DNA of 64,000 nucleotides from Myxococcota bacterium (GTDB lineage: Bacteria; Myxococcota_A; UBA796; CAJQPC01): positions 32,001-96,000 of the forward strand of contig JAZAMN010000024.1 of assembly GCA_036229005.1 (NCBI GenBank), given 5' to 3'. Every line of letters starts with the position of its first letter. Position 1 is the first letter of the stretch. The translations under genes were made by a program, and so were the position numbers. Positions 1-9,744 of this stretch are shown here, in pieces. Below the pieces are notes generated by a model. The model was not told the origin of the DNA, searched no databases, and was given only the letters and a program-made list of their open reading frames with translations.

Positions 1-1179
1 CTCGGGGTTGATGGGCTCGCCGACGGTGCCGAGCACGCGCAGGCTGCTGCGGTCGTAGCGGGTCACGAACTCATCGCCCTGGGCGGCCAGAGCACGGATG
101 GCGGTGGGCGCGGTGTAGAACAGGGTGATGCCGTGGCGCTCCACCATGTCCCAGTAGCGGCCGGCGTCCGGGTAGAGGGGGGTGGACTCGAACATCACCG
201 TGGTCGCGCCGTTGGCCAGGGGCCCGTACACGATGTAGGTGTGGCCGGTGATCCAGCCCACGTCGGCCACGCAGGCGTAGACGTCGTCCTCGCGCAGGTC
301 GAAGACGTTGCGGTGGGTGTAGGCGGCGTAGGTGATGTAGCCACCGCAGGTGTGCACCAGGCCCTTGGGGCGGCCAGTGGACCCCGAGGTGTAGAGGATG
401 AAGAGGGGGTCCTCCGCGGCGCAGGGGGTGGCCGGACAGTCGGCGGAAGCGGCCTCGGTGACCTCGTGCCACCACAGATCCCGTCCGGGGGTCCAGTCCA
501 CCTGCTCGTCGCTGCGTCGGTAGACCACCACGTGGCGTACGCCATGTTCTCCCTCCAGAGCCGCATCGACGGTGGCCTTGAGCGGGATGTGCCGTCCGCC
601 GCGCACGCCGACGTCCTGGGTGAGGATGACCTCGGCGCCGCAGTCGCGGACCCGGTCGCGCAGCGCCTCGGCGGAGAAGCCGCCAAAGACCACGGAGTGG
701 ATGGCCCCGATCCGGGCGCAGGCCAGCATGGCGACGGCCGCGTGGGGGACCATGCCCATGTAGATGATGACGCGGTCGCCCTTCTGGATGCCCATGCCCT
801 TGAGGGCGTTGGCGGTGCGGGAGACCTCGGCCAGCAGCTCGCTGTAGCTGATGCGCTGGGTCTCGTCGGGGGCGTCGCCCTCCCACAGGATGGCGGTCTT
901 GTCGGGGGTGGCCTGCGCGTGGCGGTCCAGGCAGCTCTCGGTCACATTGAGCGTGCCGTCACCGAACCAGGTGAAGCTGCTGTCCCGGACCTGCCGGTAG
1001 TCGCCGTCCAGGCCGCGCTCGGGGGGCGTCATCCACTGGATCAGGCTCTTGGTCCGGGACAACCAGAAGCCGCTGGGGTCCGCGGCGGCGTTCATCCACG
1101 CCTCTCGGTAGGCGTTCATGTCGCGCAGCTCGTTTTGGGCACCGGCGGAAACGCGCTCGGGCACAGGCCACTTGTTCAT
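1..1179 (-). CDS. acs: Acetyl-CoA synthetase (runs off the left edge)
   Basis: Manual translation from ATG 1179 gives MNKWPVPERVS...EDPLFILYTSGSTGRPKG...ADVGWITGHTYIVYGPL. The start overlaps the upstream stop (ATGA) and has a GGAG RBS. Absent from the ORF track because it has no stop in the window. Confidence 0.93.
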   Translation of the reverse strand, partial: MNKWPVPERVSAGAQNELRDMNAYREAWMNAAADPSGFWLSRTKSLIQWMTPPERGLDGDYRQVRDSSFTWFGDGTLNVTESCLDRHAQATPDKTAILWEGDAPDETQRISYSELLAEVSRTANALKGMGIQKGDRVIIYMGMVPHAAVAMLACARIGAIHSVVFGGFSAEALRDRVRDCGAEVILTQDVGVRGGRHIPLKATVDAALEGEHGVRHVVVYRRSDEQVDWTPGRDLWWHEVTEAASADCPATPCAAEDPLFILYTSGSTGRPKGLVHTCGGYITYAAYTHRNVFDLREDDVYACVADVGWITGHTYIVYGPLANGATTVMFESTPLYPDAGRYWDMVERHGITLFYTAPTAIRALAAQGDEFVTRYDRSSLRVLGTVGEPINPE

Positions 1180-1547
1180 GGGGTCTCTCCTTGCTGGCCC
1201 GGCTCCGGGAGCTCGCAGATCTCGGAGCGGGTGATGAAGCGTACGCCGTGGGGGGCCTCCAAGGAGAAGCCCGCGCCGCGTCCGGGTACGAGGTCAATCG
1301 TGAGGGTGGTGTGGGACCAGGTCGCCCACTGGGTCTTGTCGATGTAGACCGGCGTCCCTTCGATCTCGCCCAGCAGCACATCGCGCGGGCTGAGGATGAA
1401 GTCGCCTTGGGGGTAGCACATGGGTGCTGAGCCGTCGCAGCACCCGCCGGACTGGTGGAACATCAGGGGGCCGTGCTGCGCGGTGAGCGCGCGGATCATG
1501 TCGATGGCGTCGGCGGTGGCCTTCACGCGGTCGAGGGGCTCGGACAC
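1176..1547 (-). CDS. DUF779-family protein
   Basis: HGPLMFHQSGGCCDGSAPMCYP motif; typical position after aldB. GTG start at 1547 with GGAG RBS. Confidence 0.88.
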   Translation of the reverse strand: MSEPLDRVKATADAIDMIRALTAQHGPLMFHQSGGCCDGSAPMCYPQGDFILSPRDVLLGEIEGTPVYIDKTQWATWSHTTLTIDLVPGRGAGFSLEAPHGVRFITRSEICELPEPGQQGETP

Positions 1548-1580
1548 GGGGGGCTCCAGTCTGGGGGGGCAGAGGGGCGA

Positions 1581-1614
1581 CAGCCCCACCCCGCGCGGTG
1601 GCGAGGTGGGGCTG
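1581..1614. other. Intercistronic stem-loop between aldB and DUF779
   Basis: CAGCCCCACC...GGTGGGGCTG inverted repeat with no U-tract. Confidence 0.5.
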
Positions 1615-1629
1615 CAGGGGCGCTGTGGC

Positions 1630-3150
1630 CTAGAAGAAGCCGAGCTTGTTCTCGTCGTAGGACGCCAGGATGTTCTTGGTCTGCTGGTAGTGGTTCAGCA
1701 TCATCAGGTGGGTCTCACGGCCGATGCCGGACTGCTTGTAGCCACCGAAGGCCGCGTGGGCGGGGTAGAGGTGGTAGCAGTTCTGCCAGACGCGACCGGC
1801 CTGGATGGCGCGACCGGCCTTGTAGGCGAAGTTCACGTTGCGGGACCACACGCCGGCGCCCAGCCCGTAGAGGGTGTCGTTGGCGATGTCGATGGCTTGG
1901 TTGTAGTCGGAGAAGCGGGTCACGGAGACGACGGGACCGAAGATCTCCTCCTGGAAGATCCGCATCTTGTTGTGGCCGGTGAAGATGGTGGGCTGGACGT
2001 AGTAGCCGCCCGCCAGATCGCCACCCAGGTCGGCACGGGCGCCGCCGGTCAGGCACTCCGCGCCCTCCTGCTTGCCGATGTCGATGTAGGAGAGGATCTT
2101 CTCAAGCTGGTCGTTGGAGGCCTGGGCGCCCATCATGACCGTGGGGTCCAGGGGGTTGCCCATCTTGATGGCCTTGGTGCGGGCCACGGCGGCGTCCATG
2201 AACTCGGAGAAGATGGAGTCCTGGATCAGCGCGCGGGAGGGACAGGTACAGACCTCACCCTGGTTCAGGGCGAAGAGGGTGAAGCCCTCCAGGGCCTTGT
2301 CGCGGAAGGCGTCGTCGGCGGACCAGACGTCCTCGAAGAACACGTTGGGGGACTTGCCGCCCAGCTCCAGGGTCACGGGGATCAGGTTCGCGGATGCGTA
2401 CTGCATGATCAGGCGGCCGGTGGTGGTCTCACCGGTGAAGGCCACCTTGGCGACGCGGTCGGACTGCGCCAGGGGCTTGCCGGCCTCCAGACCGAAGCCG
2501 TTGACCACGTTGAGCACGCCGGCGGGGAAGAGGTCGCCGATCAGCTCCATGAGCACCAGGATGCTGGCGGGGGTCTGCTCCGCGGGCTTCATGATGACGC
2601 AGTTGCCGGCGGCCAGAGCGGGGGCCAGCTTCCAGGCGGCCATCAGCAGGGGGAAGTTCCAGGGGATGATCTGAGCGACCACGCCCAGGGGCTCGTGGAA
2701 GTGGTACGCCACGGTGTTCTCGTCGAGCACGCCGGTCTGGCTCTGCTGCGCGCGGATGGCGGACGCGAAGTAGCGGAAGTGGTCCACGGTCAGGGGTAGG
2801 TCGGCGGCGAGGGTCTCGCGCACGGCCTTGCCGTTGTCCCAGGTCTCGGCCACAGCGAGCATCTCGAGGTTGGCCTCGATGACGTCAGCCACCTTGTTCA
2901 GGATGGCGGCGCGCTCGCCGACGGAGGTGCGGGCCCAGGCGGGGAAGGCGGCGTGGGCGGCGTCCAGTGCCTTGTCGATGTCCTCGCTGGTGGAGCGCGG
3001 GATCTCGCAGAAGGGCTTGCCGTTCACCGGGCTGATGTCTTCGAAGTACTGGCCCTTGACCGGGGCGACCCACTCGCCGCCGATGTAGTTCCCGTAGCGG
3101 GACTTGAAGTTGATCAGAGCGCCTTCGGTGTTGGGATTCTTGTAGGTCAT
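1630..3150 (-). CDS. aldB: NAD-dependent acetaldehyde dehydrogenase (AldB/ExaC type)
   Basis: MTYKNP start; [31 protein letters not shown] and EEIFGPV motifs; 506 aa. Confidence 0.95.
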   Translation of the reverse strand: MTYKNPNTEGALINFKSRYGNYIGGEWVAPVKGQYFEDISPVNGKPFCEIPRSTSEDIDKALDAAHAAFPAWARTSVGERAAILNKVADVIEANLEMLAVAETWDNGKAVRETLAADLPLTVDHFRYFASAIRAQQSQTGVLDENTVAYHFHEPLGVVAQIIPWNFPLLMAAWKLAPALAAGNCVIMKPAEQTPASILVLMELIGDLFPAGVLNVVNGFGLEAGKPLAQSDRVAKVAFTGETTTGRLIMQYASANLIPVTLELGGKSPNVFFEDVWSADDAFRDKALEGFTLFALNQGEVCTCPSRALIQDSIFSEFMDAAVARTKAIKMGNPLDPTVMMGAQASNDQLEKILSYIDIGKQEGAECLTGGARADLGGDLAGGYYVQPTIFTGHNKMRIFQEEIFGPVVSVTRFSDYNQAIDIANDTLYGLGAGVWSRNVNFAYKAGRAIQAGRVWQNCYHLYPAHAAFGGYKQSGIGRETHLMMLNHYQQTKNILASYDENKLGFF

Positions 3151-3184
3151 TTCCGACTCCAGTTGGGTTGTGCGCTGTCGATAC

Positions 3185-3200
3185 AGCAAGAAGCGGGCCG
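3185..3200 (-). promoter_or_regulatory. Sigma54 -24/-12 promoter for aldB
   Basis: Minus strand CGGCCCGCTTCTTGCT with GG-N10-GC spacing; adjacent to a sigma54 activator gene. Confidence 0.75.
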
Positions 3201-3230
3201 ACTTCGCAGAGGCGCTCAGTGCGTCGATCC

Positions 3231-3291
3231 TGTGTCGGCGTGCGACACAAGTCACCGTTCGCTCACGGTACAGGTGTCTCAATACGCGACA
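3231..3291. promoter_or_regulatory. Tandem upstream activator sites (TGT-N11-ACA x2)
   Basis: TGTGTCGGCGTGCGACA at 3231 and TGTCTCAATACGCGACA at 3275, 44 bp apart. Confidence 0.6.
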
Positions 3292-3346
3292 GTGCGCTCT
3301 GTCTTTCGCACTTGTTGCCCCCCTCCCAATGGGGCAATGTTCACCT

Positions 3347-5263
3347 ATGAACTGGCTTGACCTGGAGCTCCAGGACATCGCGGAGTGGGAGCGCTTCTGG
3401 TCTTCACCCGAGGAGGCCAGGGGGCCCCTGCAGGAGAGATGGTTCCGCGCCGTCGCGGCTGGCGCGAGCCCTGATGGTCCGGCAGCGCTGCCTATCCTGA
3501 GCGAGGACAGGCTCAAGCTGCGCAAGGAGCGCCACGAGCCGGTGCTCCGCATGCTGGACGAGGTGCTGGGCGCCACGCTGGGGGCCTTCAACGCCCGCGA
3601 CTTCACCCTGCTGCTGGCCGACCCGCAGGGCGTGGTGCTGACCCGGCGCGCCGGGGGTGGCTTCGCGGAGCACGCCGAGCGCCTCAAGCTGCAGGAGGGT
3701 GCCTGGTGGGACGAGGCCACCCGCGGCACCAACGCGATCGGCACCGCCATCAAGGAGAAGCGCCCGGTGTCGGTGCTGGGGGCGGCGCACCTGGCCCGCC
3801 CCAACCACGGGCTGGTCTGCTACGCGGCGCCCATCCGGGATGCCTGGGGCGAGACGGTCGCCGTGCTGGACGCGACCTCGTTCGCGGACCGCGCCGACCC
3901 CTTGGCTTGCGTCGCGGTGCTCTCCGCGGTGCGGGCGTTGGAGGAGGGCCTGCGCCTGGCGGTCCTGGACAGCGCCCGGGGCTCCTTGGTCCAGCGCCTG
4001 CTGGGGCGCCTGCGGGATCCCGCGGTGCTGGTCACGGCGGACGGGCGGGTGGTGCTGGCCAACCAGGGCGCGGTGGCCAGCGGGCTGCAGCTCGGCCCCA
4101 GCCAGAGCCGGGGGGAGGTCCTGCGCGTGGGCGCCTACGCCCGGGACGTGCTGGAGGTCACCCCCGCGGAGCTGGAGGCGGCCGCTCGGGGACAGCTCAC
4201 CCTGCCCGGCCTCGAAGTGGAGGCGGTGGAGAGCGGGAGCCGGAATGCGGCGTACCTGGTGGTCCTCACCGCTGGGGGTCGGTCGGCCTCAGCGCGTCCT
4301 CGCCGGCACCAGGATCCCTTCGAGGAGTTGGTGGGGGAGGACCCCAGCTTCATGCGGTTGAGAGCCCATGCGCGGCAGGTGGCCCCCTCTTCCCTCCCGG
4401 TCCTGATCCTGGGCGAGACGGGCACCGGAAAGGAGCTGCTGGCCACGGCGATCCACAAGGCCTCCGACCGGGCCCAGGGCCCGCTGGTGCCGCTGAACTG
4501 CGCGGCACTGACTCCGTCGTTGCTGCAGTCGGAGCTCTTTGGCTACGCCCCCAATGCGTTCACCGGGGCGAGCCCCAAGGGGCGGGAGGGCCGCATCGCC
4601 AGCGCGCATCGGGGGACGCTGTTCCTGGACGAGCTGGCCGAGATGCCCAAGCCGCTCCAGGCCCTGCTGCTGCGCTTCCTGGAAGACGGCAGCTACTACC
4701 GGGTGGGCGAGCAGACCCCCCGAAAGGCAGACGTGCGGCTGATCTGCGCGACCTGCCGGGACCTGCCGGCGATGGTGGAGGCGGGGGAGTTCCGCGCGGA
4801 CCTGTTCTACCGGATCCGGGGCGCGGCCCTGGAGCTGCCCCCCCTTCGGGCGCGGGCGGATCGGGCGCTGCTCTGCCACGCCCTGCTGGAGCGACTGGCC
4901 CGCCAGCTCAAGCGCAGCCACGTACCGATGCTCAGCCCGGCGGCCCAGGACCGCATCGACCAGGCCCCCTGGCCGGGCAACACGCGCGAGCTGCACATGG
5001 CGCTTCACCACGCGCTGGTGCTGGCGGGGGACAGCCGGGTCATCGAGCCCTGGCACCTGCCCGCGACCCTGAATCCCTCCCACAAGGCGCTGGGCAGCAC
5101 GGTGCCTCCCGAGCCCTCACTGGCAGAGGCGGAAGCGGGGGCGCTGCGCCGCGCGCTGGAGGAGGCCGCCGGCAACATCAGCCAGGCCGCTCGGCGCCTG
5201 GGGGTGGCCCGCAGCACGGTCTACCGGATGATGAAGAAGCACGGTCTGGGCGACGACGGCTGA
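3347..5263 (+). CDS. GAF-domain sigma54-dependent Fis-family activator (AcoR-like)
   Basis: [11 protein letters not shown] motif, GETGTGKE Walker [28 protein letters not shown]-terminal Fis HTH. Confidence 0.92.
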   Translation: MNWLDLELQDIAEWERFWSSPEEARGPLQERWFRAVAAGASPDGPAALPILSEDRLKLRKERHEPVLRMLDEVLGATLGAFNARDFTLLLADPQGVVLTRRAGGGFAEHAERLKLQEGAWWDEATRGTNAIGTAIKEKRPVSVLGAAHLARPNHGLVCYAAPIRDAWGETVAVLDATSFADRADPLACVAVLSAVRALEEGLRLAVLDSARGSLVQRLLGRLRDPAVLVTADGRVVLANQGAVASGLQLGPSQSRGEVLRVGAYARDVLEVTPAELEAAARGQLTLPGLEVEAVESGSRNAAYLVVLTAGGRSASARPRRHQDPFEELVGEDPSFMRLRAHARQVAPSSLPVLILGETGTGKELLATAIHKASDRAQGPLVPLNCAALTPSLLQSELFGYAPNAFTGASPKGREGRIASAHRGTLFLDELAEMPKPLQALLLRFLEDGSYYRVGEQTPRKADVRLICATCRDLPAMVEAGEFRADLFYRIRGAALELPPLRARADRALLCHALLERLARQLKRSHVPMLSPAAQDRIDQAPWPGNTRELHMALHHALVLAGDSRVIEPWHLPATLNPSHKALGSTVPPEPSLAEAEAGALRRALEEAAGNISQAARRLGVARSTVYRMMKKHGLGDDG

Positions 5264-5312
5264 CAGGGGCCGCGGAACCCAATAGACGCCGCGCCGCACA
5301 CAGGAGCGCGCG

Positions 5313-5732
5313 ATGCCCGTCTACGCCATGAAGGTCACCAACAAGTCCGCCCACGAGAAGACCGATCAGCTCTTCATCTACACCTTCGAGAGCCCCGAGC
5401 AGGGCACTCGCACTATCGTCGCGAACCTGACCAACACCTACGAGGTGGGCGACGTGGCCGGCATCGCCATCGAGGGCACCGTGCTCCCCGGCGTGGTGAT
5501 CAAGCCCCGCAAGGTCTACGGAATCCACTCCGAGGGCATGGCCATGGGCAAGGTGGACGCCGAGCTCGACGCCGACCTGACCGAGCACTTTGACGCCGAC
5601 CGCGGCCCCCGCCCCTTCACGGTGACCTACACCGTCACCGTGGACGCCCCCTACGCCGAGGACGCCGAGAAGGTCGCTGCCAAGGCGATCGGCAAGGGCC
5701 AGGGCAAGGTCGAGAGCGTGGTCGAGGCCTGA
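5313..5732 (+). CDS. OB-fold tRNA-binding-domain protein with a short C-terminal extension
   Basis: IVANL...GTVLPG..IKPRKVYGIHSEGM resembles the PheT/Trbp111 tRNA_bind domain; GGAG RBS. Confidence 0.65.
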   Translation: MPVYAMKVTNKSAHEKTDQLFIYTFESPEQGTRTIVANLTNTYEVGDVAGIAIEGTVLPGVVIKPRKVYGIHSEGMAMGKVDAELDADLTEHFDADRGPRPFTVTYTVTVDAPYAEDAEKVAAKAIGKGQGKVESVVEA

Positions 5733-5775
5733 GGCTCACCTGGGGCCGCTCCGGGAGTCTTGGGGGGCTCTCGGG

Positions 5776-6085
5776 GGGCATCCGGGGTTGAACGCCCGGG
5801 ATTGCTGGGCATGTGGGGTTGAACGCCCGGGATTGCGGGGCAACCGGGGTTGAACGCCCGGGATTGCTGGGCATGTGGGGTTGAACGCCCGGGATTGCTG
5901 GGCATGTGGGGGCGAACGCCCGGATCTGAGGGGGATTCGGGGTGGAGTCGGCGATCTCTGCGTCGAAACCGGGCGTTCAGGGGTGGATGCCCGGCAGCGG
6001 CGGGCGTTCGGGGGTGGATGCCCGGCAGCGGCGGGCGTTCGGGGGTGGATGCCCGGCGGCGGCGTGCGTTCGGGGGGCGATGCCC
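5776..6085. repeat. Composite REP-like element, left copy: 5 x 31-bp A units, 47-bp spacer, 4 x 31-bp inverted B units
   Basis: A core GGGCAW-N8-GAACGCCCG at 5776, 5807, 5838, 5869, 5900; B core CGKGCGTTC-N8-ATGCCC at 5970, 6001, 6032, 6063. Confidence 0.9.
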
Positions 6086-6088
6086 GGC

Positions 6089-6889
6089 TCAGTCGGGCCT
6101 TTGGCGCGCGTTCCAACTGCTCCGAAGCACCCAGTGCCCCGGGCCGGCCAGGATCCCGGGGAAGCGTTCGTCGCCGGCCAGGCGTTCGACCAGCTCGAGG
6201 CTGCGGGGGCTCGCTGGACGCAGGCGTCGGATGGTGGTCGGGTTCACCCCCACCAAGGAGGCGGTCTCGATTGGGGAGAGCCCCCCGATGCTCTGGAGGG
6301 CTTGCATCCACAGCGTCCGCGCGGGGCCACGCTGATGGAGCTCGTACAGGGGAGTTCGGAGCAGCTCCGAGCAAGCGGCTTGGAGGTCCATCAGCGAGGG
6401 CTGTCCTCCCACTGTCGGCAGGTCCGTGCCGCCCACCTGCACGCTGGGGTCACCGCTCACGTAGGCGTGGAGCCGGTGGGGATCGGCGTCCGGCCTGCGG
6501 AGCGGCCGGAGTGAGAGGCCCAGGGCGTCCCGGTAGTTCGACCAGGGCCAGGCCAGCGGGTCGTTGACCAGGCCGGCCCGGCAAGGGTTCAGGTAGATGT
6601 AGCGAGCCTCCCGGCGTCGCTTCTGGGCGGTCTCACTGTGCTTTGGGCGTGGCAGGGGCTCCAGGCGGATGGGCGTCCGCCTGCGATTCACGCTGCGCAG
6701 GTGACCTGCCAGGATCTGCGCCACCCGCGTCCGCTGGTCCTGTGGGTGGAGCAGGTGGATGTGGTTCGGCATCAGGCAGGCCGCCTGGGCTCCCTGCAGC
6801 ACAGGGAGCATTCGGGTCCAGAGCGCTTGGGCCTCCTCCCAGGTGTGAAAGAGGAGACCGGACTGAGTGCGTGCGACTTGGTGGTACAT
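6089..6889 (-). mobile_element. rayT: REP-associated tyrosine transposase-like HUH/Y1 nuclease (RAYT/TnpA-REP) with C-terminal HTH-like extension
   Basis: MYHQVAR start, ACLMPNHIHLL (HUH), YIYLNPCRAGLVNDPLAWPWSNY (catalytic Tyr and RAYT motif). Confidence 0.85.
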
Positions 6890-6902
6890 GCCCCGGAGCG
6901 TC

Positions 6903-6918
6903 AGCAAGACCCGGGCCA
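6903..6918 (-). promoter_or_regulatory. Sigma54-type -24/-12 promoter upstream of the RAYT gene
   Basis: Minus strand TGGCCCGGGTCTTGCT with GG-N10-GC spacing. Confidence 0.6.
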
Positions 6919-6968
6919 GCGACTGGAGCCCGATGAATTGGGCATCCTTGGCGCGCTGGCTGTGGTGA

Positions 6969-7006
6969 CTGTCGAAGCTCCGACAGGGGGTGTCCGAGAT
7001 TCGACA
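6969..7006. promoter_or_regulatory. Two tandem TGTC(G/C)-N6-CGACA palindromes (candidate enhancer-binding sites)
   Basis: CTGTCG-aagctc-CGACAG and TGTCC-gagatt-CGACA, 21 bp apart. Confidence 0.5.
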
Positions 7007-7008
7007 GG

Positions 7009-7255
7009 GGGCATGTGGGGGCCAACGCCCGGGATTCTCGGGCATGTGGGGGCCAACGCCCGGGGTTCTCGGGCATGTGGGGGCCAACGCCCGGAATTCG
7101 CGGGCATGTAGGGTCGAACGCCCGGATTCGAGGGAGTCTGGGCTGAAATCGGCGGTCTGCGCGTCGAAATCGGGCGTTCAGGGTCGGATGCCCGGCCTCG
7201 GCGGGCGTTCAGGGTCGGATGCCCGGCCCCGGCGGGCGTTCAGGGTCGGATGCCC
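7009..7255. repeat. Composite REP-like element, right copy: 4 x 31-bp A units, 46-bp spacer, 3 x 31-bp B units
   Basis: A units at 7009, 7040, 7071, 7102; B units at 7171, 7202, 7233; spacer homologous to the left copy. Confidence 0.9.
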
Positions 7256-7271
7256 CGGGCTCGAGCCCGCC

Positions 7272-8414
7272 TCAGCCCTCCAGCACGTCCTTGAGCACCC
7301 GCACCGCCGTCGCCACCTCTTGCGGCGGTGCTGCCGTGAAGCAGAGGCGTACATGGCTGGCGTACTCCTGCCCAAAGCTCGCTCCGGGGGCCAGCAGCAT
7401 CCCGCGCTGGACCAGCGACTCCAGCAGGCCCATCACCCCCTCCGGGCGCTCGCGGACGTCCAGGAACAGGAAGGTGCTGCCCTCGGGCGCTGGGAGCCCC
7501 AGGACCCGCGCCGCGTCGACGCCGGCTGCCTGATAGTGGCGCTTGGCCTTCGCGATCCAAGCGTCCCCTTCGCGCAGCGCGACCAACGCCGCCTCCTGTG
7601 CCGGTCGAGGGGCGCAGTACAGCGCGTGCGTGTGCACCTTGGCCGTCGCCGCCAGGATGTCTTGGGGCCCGCAGAGATAGCCCACCCGTGTGCCCGCCAT
7701 GCCGTAGGCCTTCGAGAAGGTGAACGCGGTGATGGTGCGCTCCGGGGCCCACCTCCCCACGCTCTCGTGCCGCCCGGAGAACACGTAGTTCTCGTAGGTC
7801 TCATCGGAAATCAGCCACAGGTCCAGCTCCCGGGCGAGCGCCGCGATCGCCTGCAGCCACTCCCCAGGGAGCACCCGGCCAGTGGGGTTGCTGGGTGTGG
7901 ACACATACAGCCCCACCGTCCGGGGACCCACCCGCTCCCGGATGCTCTGCACCGCGTCCGCCAGCGAGGTCACCCTGTCGTAGAACGGAACCTCCACCGG
8001 CACGCCATGCGCAAGCTGCACGTGCCCCCGGATCAGGGGCCAGAAGGGCGCCAGGATCGCGACCTCGTCTCCCGGGGAGAGCAGCGCTTGCATCACCTGG
8101 GCGAGCCCCGCGGTGGCCCCGCCGGTCACCAACACCCCCGAGCGCTCCACCATCAGGCCGTTCCGCGCGCGCAGCTTCTCCACCAGCGCGTCCACCAGCG
8201 CCGGCAGGCCCCTGGGCGGCGAGTAGCGGTGCATGCCCGGGTGGTCGGCCGTCTGGAGCGCCTGCGCTTGGGCCGCCGCGAGCGGCTCCATCCAGGTGTC
8301 GCCCACGTGCAGCGGGTAGACCGGCCCGTCGTGGGCGGCCAGGCGCTCCACCAGGTCGGAGTACACGCTGCCAGGGAGCGCGCTCAGGTGCGGCGCGGCG
8401 TGGGGGAAGGGCAT
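7272..8414 (-). CDS. PLP-dependent aminotransferase, class I/II
   Basis: TPSNPTG, SDETY and FSKAYGMAGTRVGY motifs. Confidence 0.9.
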   Translation of the reverse strand: MPFPHAAPHLSALPGSVYSDLVERLAAHDGPVYPLHVGDTWMEPLAAAQAQALQTADHPGMHRYSPPRGLPALVDALVEKLRARNGLMVERSGVLVTGGATAGLAQVMQALLSPGDEVAILAPFWPLIRGHVQLAHGVPVEVPFYDRVTSLADAVQSIRERVGPRTVGLYVSTPSNPTGRVLPGEWLQAIAALARELDLWLISDETYENYVFSGRHESVGRWAPERTITAFTFSKAYGMAGTRVGYLCGPQDILAATAKVHTHALYCAPRPAQEAALVALREGDAWIAKAKRHYQAAGVDAARVLGLPAPEGSTFLFLDVRERPEGVMGLLESLVQRGMLLAPGASFGQEYASHVRLCFTAAPPQEVATAVRVLKDVLEG

Positions 8415-8426
8415 GGTCTCTCCGGT

Positions 8427-8843
8427 TCAGCGAGGGATGGCGTAGCTGAGGCTGGCCTGGGCCACCGGCCGGTCGTCGCCCACGGAGTAGAGGAGCACGT
8501 CTCCCACCGAGAGGCTGCGGCCCGGCTTGAGCACCCGGCCCACCGCCCGGATGTCGCCCGGGGCGGGCTTCCGCAGGAAGTGGATGTTCGCGTTGGCCGT
8601 CACCGCCATGGCCTGGGGCCCGATGTAGGTCATCGTGGCCAGGTAGAAGGCCAGGTCCGCCGCCCCGAACAGCGAAGGGCCGCTGATGGTTCCGCCCGGG
8701 CGCAGGTTCTCCGAGCCCATGTGGTAGACGATCTCCGCGTTGTGCAGCGACAGCGACGTGATGCTGTAGCGCCCGGTGATCTGGGGGAAGACCCGCTCCA
8801 GCAGCGCGGTGATCTCCTGCGGGTTGGTCTTCATCTGGTTCAC
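8427..8843 (-). CDS. PaaI-family hotdog thioesterase
   Basis: LRPGGTISGP...AVTANANIHFLRKP. Confidence 0.85.
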   Translation of the reverse strand: MNQMKTNPQEITALLERVFPQITGRYSITSLSLHNAEIVYHMGSENLRPGGTISGPSLFGAADLAFYLATMTYIGPQAMAVTANANIHFLRKPAPGDIRAVGRVLKPGRSLSVGDVLLYSVGDDRPVAQASLSYAIPR

Positions 8844-9718
8844 TGGCCCTCCTGCGCCTTGAGGCAGCTCATCTTCTCGCCCAGGGCGCAGGCCTGCTGG
8901 TGGCTCTCGCGGGCCGCCGAGAGGTCCTTGGGGCCGCCGATCCCCTCCTCCTGGGCCTTGGCCGCCAGCACGCAGGAGCGCCGCGACTTGCTGGCGCAGC
9001 CCCGCTCCAGGTACTCCCGCCCCTTGACCGCGCTGGGCTTCACCCCGGTGCCCTTGTCGTAGAGGGTCGCCAGGTTCAGGCAGGAGTGCCCAAAGCCGCC
9101 CGCGCAGCCCTTCTCCAGCAGCGGCACCGCCCGGCTGGGGTCGGCCTCCACGCCGGTGGCCCCCAACACCAGCATCACCCCGCTCAGATCGCAGCCGGGC
9201 ACCGCGCCCTGGGTGCAGGCGTCCAGCCCCAGCTCAAGCGCCCGCGGCGCATCCTTGGGCGCGCCCACCCCGTCCAGCAGGTGCCGGGCCAGGTTGGCGC
9301 AGGCCAGGGCGTTGCCCCCTTCGCAGGCCTGCTCGAAGAGCCGGGTGCCGCGGACCGGATCGTGCGCCAGCCCCAGATCGCCCAGCGTATAGGCCGTGCC
9401 CAGGTCCGAGCACGCCGCCACCGTCCCCTGGTCGCAGGCGCGCGCGAGGCCCAGGGTCGCGTCGTTCACGTTCTCCGGGAGCACCAGCTCCTGGGGACCG
9501 GCGGGGGGGATGCAGCCCATCTCGTGGCTCACGCTGGAGCGCTTCACCCGGACGGTGCCGTAGCAGCGCTCCTGCGCCCGCTGCGCCTGGAACTCCCAGA
9601 CGTCTTCTTCCCCGTCGGGGCTCACGTGCTCGAGCTCCACCTGGCCCAGCCCCTGGCCCTCCAGGTAGCGGGTCGCCTCGGTCTCGGGGTCGCACGCCAG
9701 CAATGTGAGTAGCAGCAC
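8840..9718 (-). CDS. Sel1-repeat (Cys-rich, Hcp-like) lipoprotein
   Basis: LLAC lipobox; repeated AC..G...AC..LG...G.G motifs. Confidence 0.8.
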   Translation of the reverse strand: MLLLTLLACDPETEATRYLEGQGLGQVELEHVSPDGEEDVWEFQAQRAQERCYGTVRVKRSSVSHEMGCIPPAGPQELVLPENVNDATLGLARACDQGTVAACSDLGTAYTLGDLGLAHDPVRGTRLFEQACEGGNALACANLARHLLDGVGAPKDAPRALELGLDACTQGAVPGCDLSGVMLVLGATGVEADPSRAVPLLEKGCAGGFGHSCLNLATLYDKGTGVKPSAVKGREYLERGCASKSRRSCVLAAKAQEEGIGGPKDLSAARESHQQACALGEKMSCLKAQEGQ

Positions 9719-9744
9719 TGGGCCTCCTGTGCCTATTGTGCCCC

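Noticed and set aside
3151..3804. N-terminal extensions of aldB (to 3804) and of the activator (from 3170)
   Set aside because: They overlap each other and the promoter region; family-typical starts are at 3150 and 3347.
5776..7255. CRISPR array interpretation of the 31-bp repeats
   Set aside because: Units are contiguous tandem copies with no unique 30-40 bp spacers, and there are no cas genes in the window.
7256..7269. Perfect palindrome CGGGCTCGAGCCCG as a terminator
   Set aside because: Short and has no U-tract; its role cannot be assigned.
5635..7375. ORFs translated through the repeat arrays (e.g. MPSNPGRSTP repeats) and the 6890-7087 extension of the RAYT ORF
   Set aside because: These are read-through of non-coding repeats; RAYT homology starts at MYHQVAR (6889).
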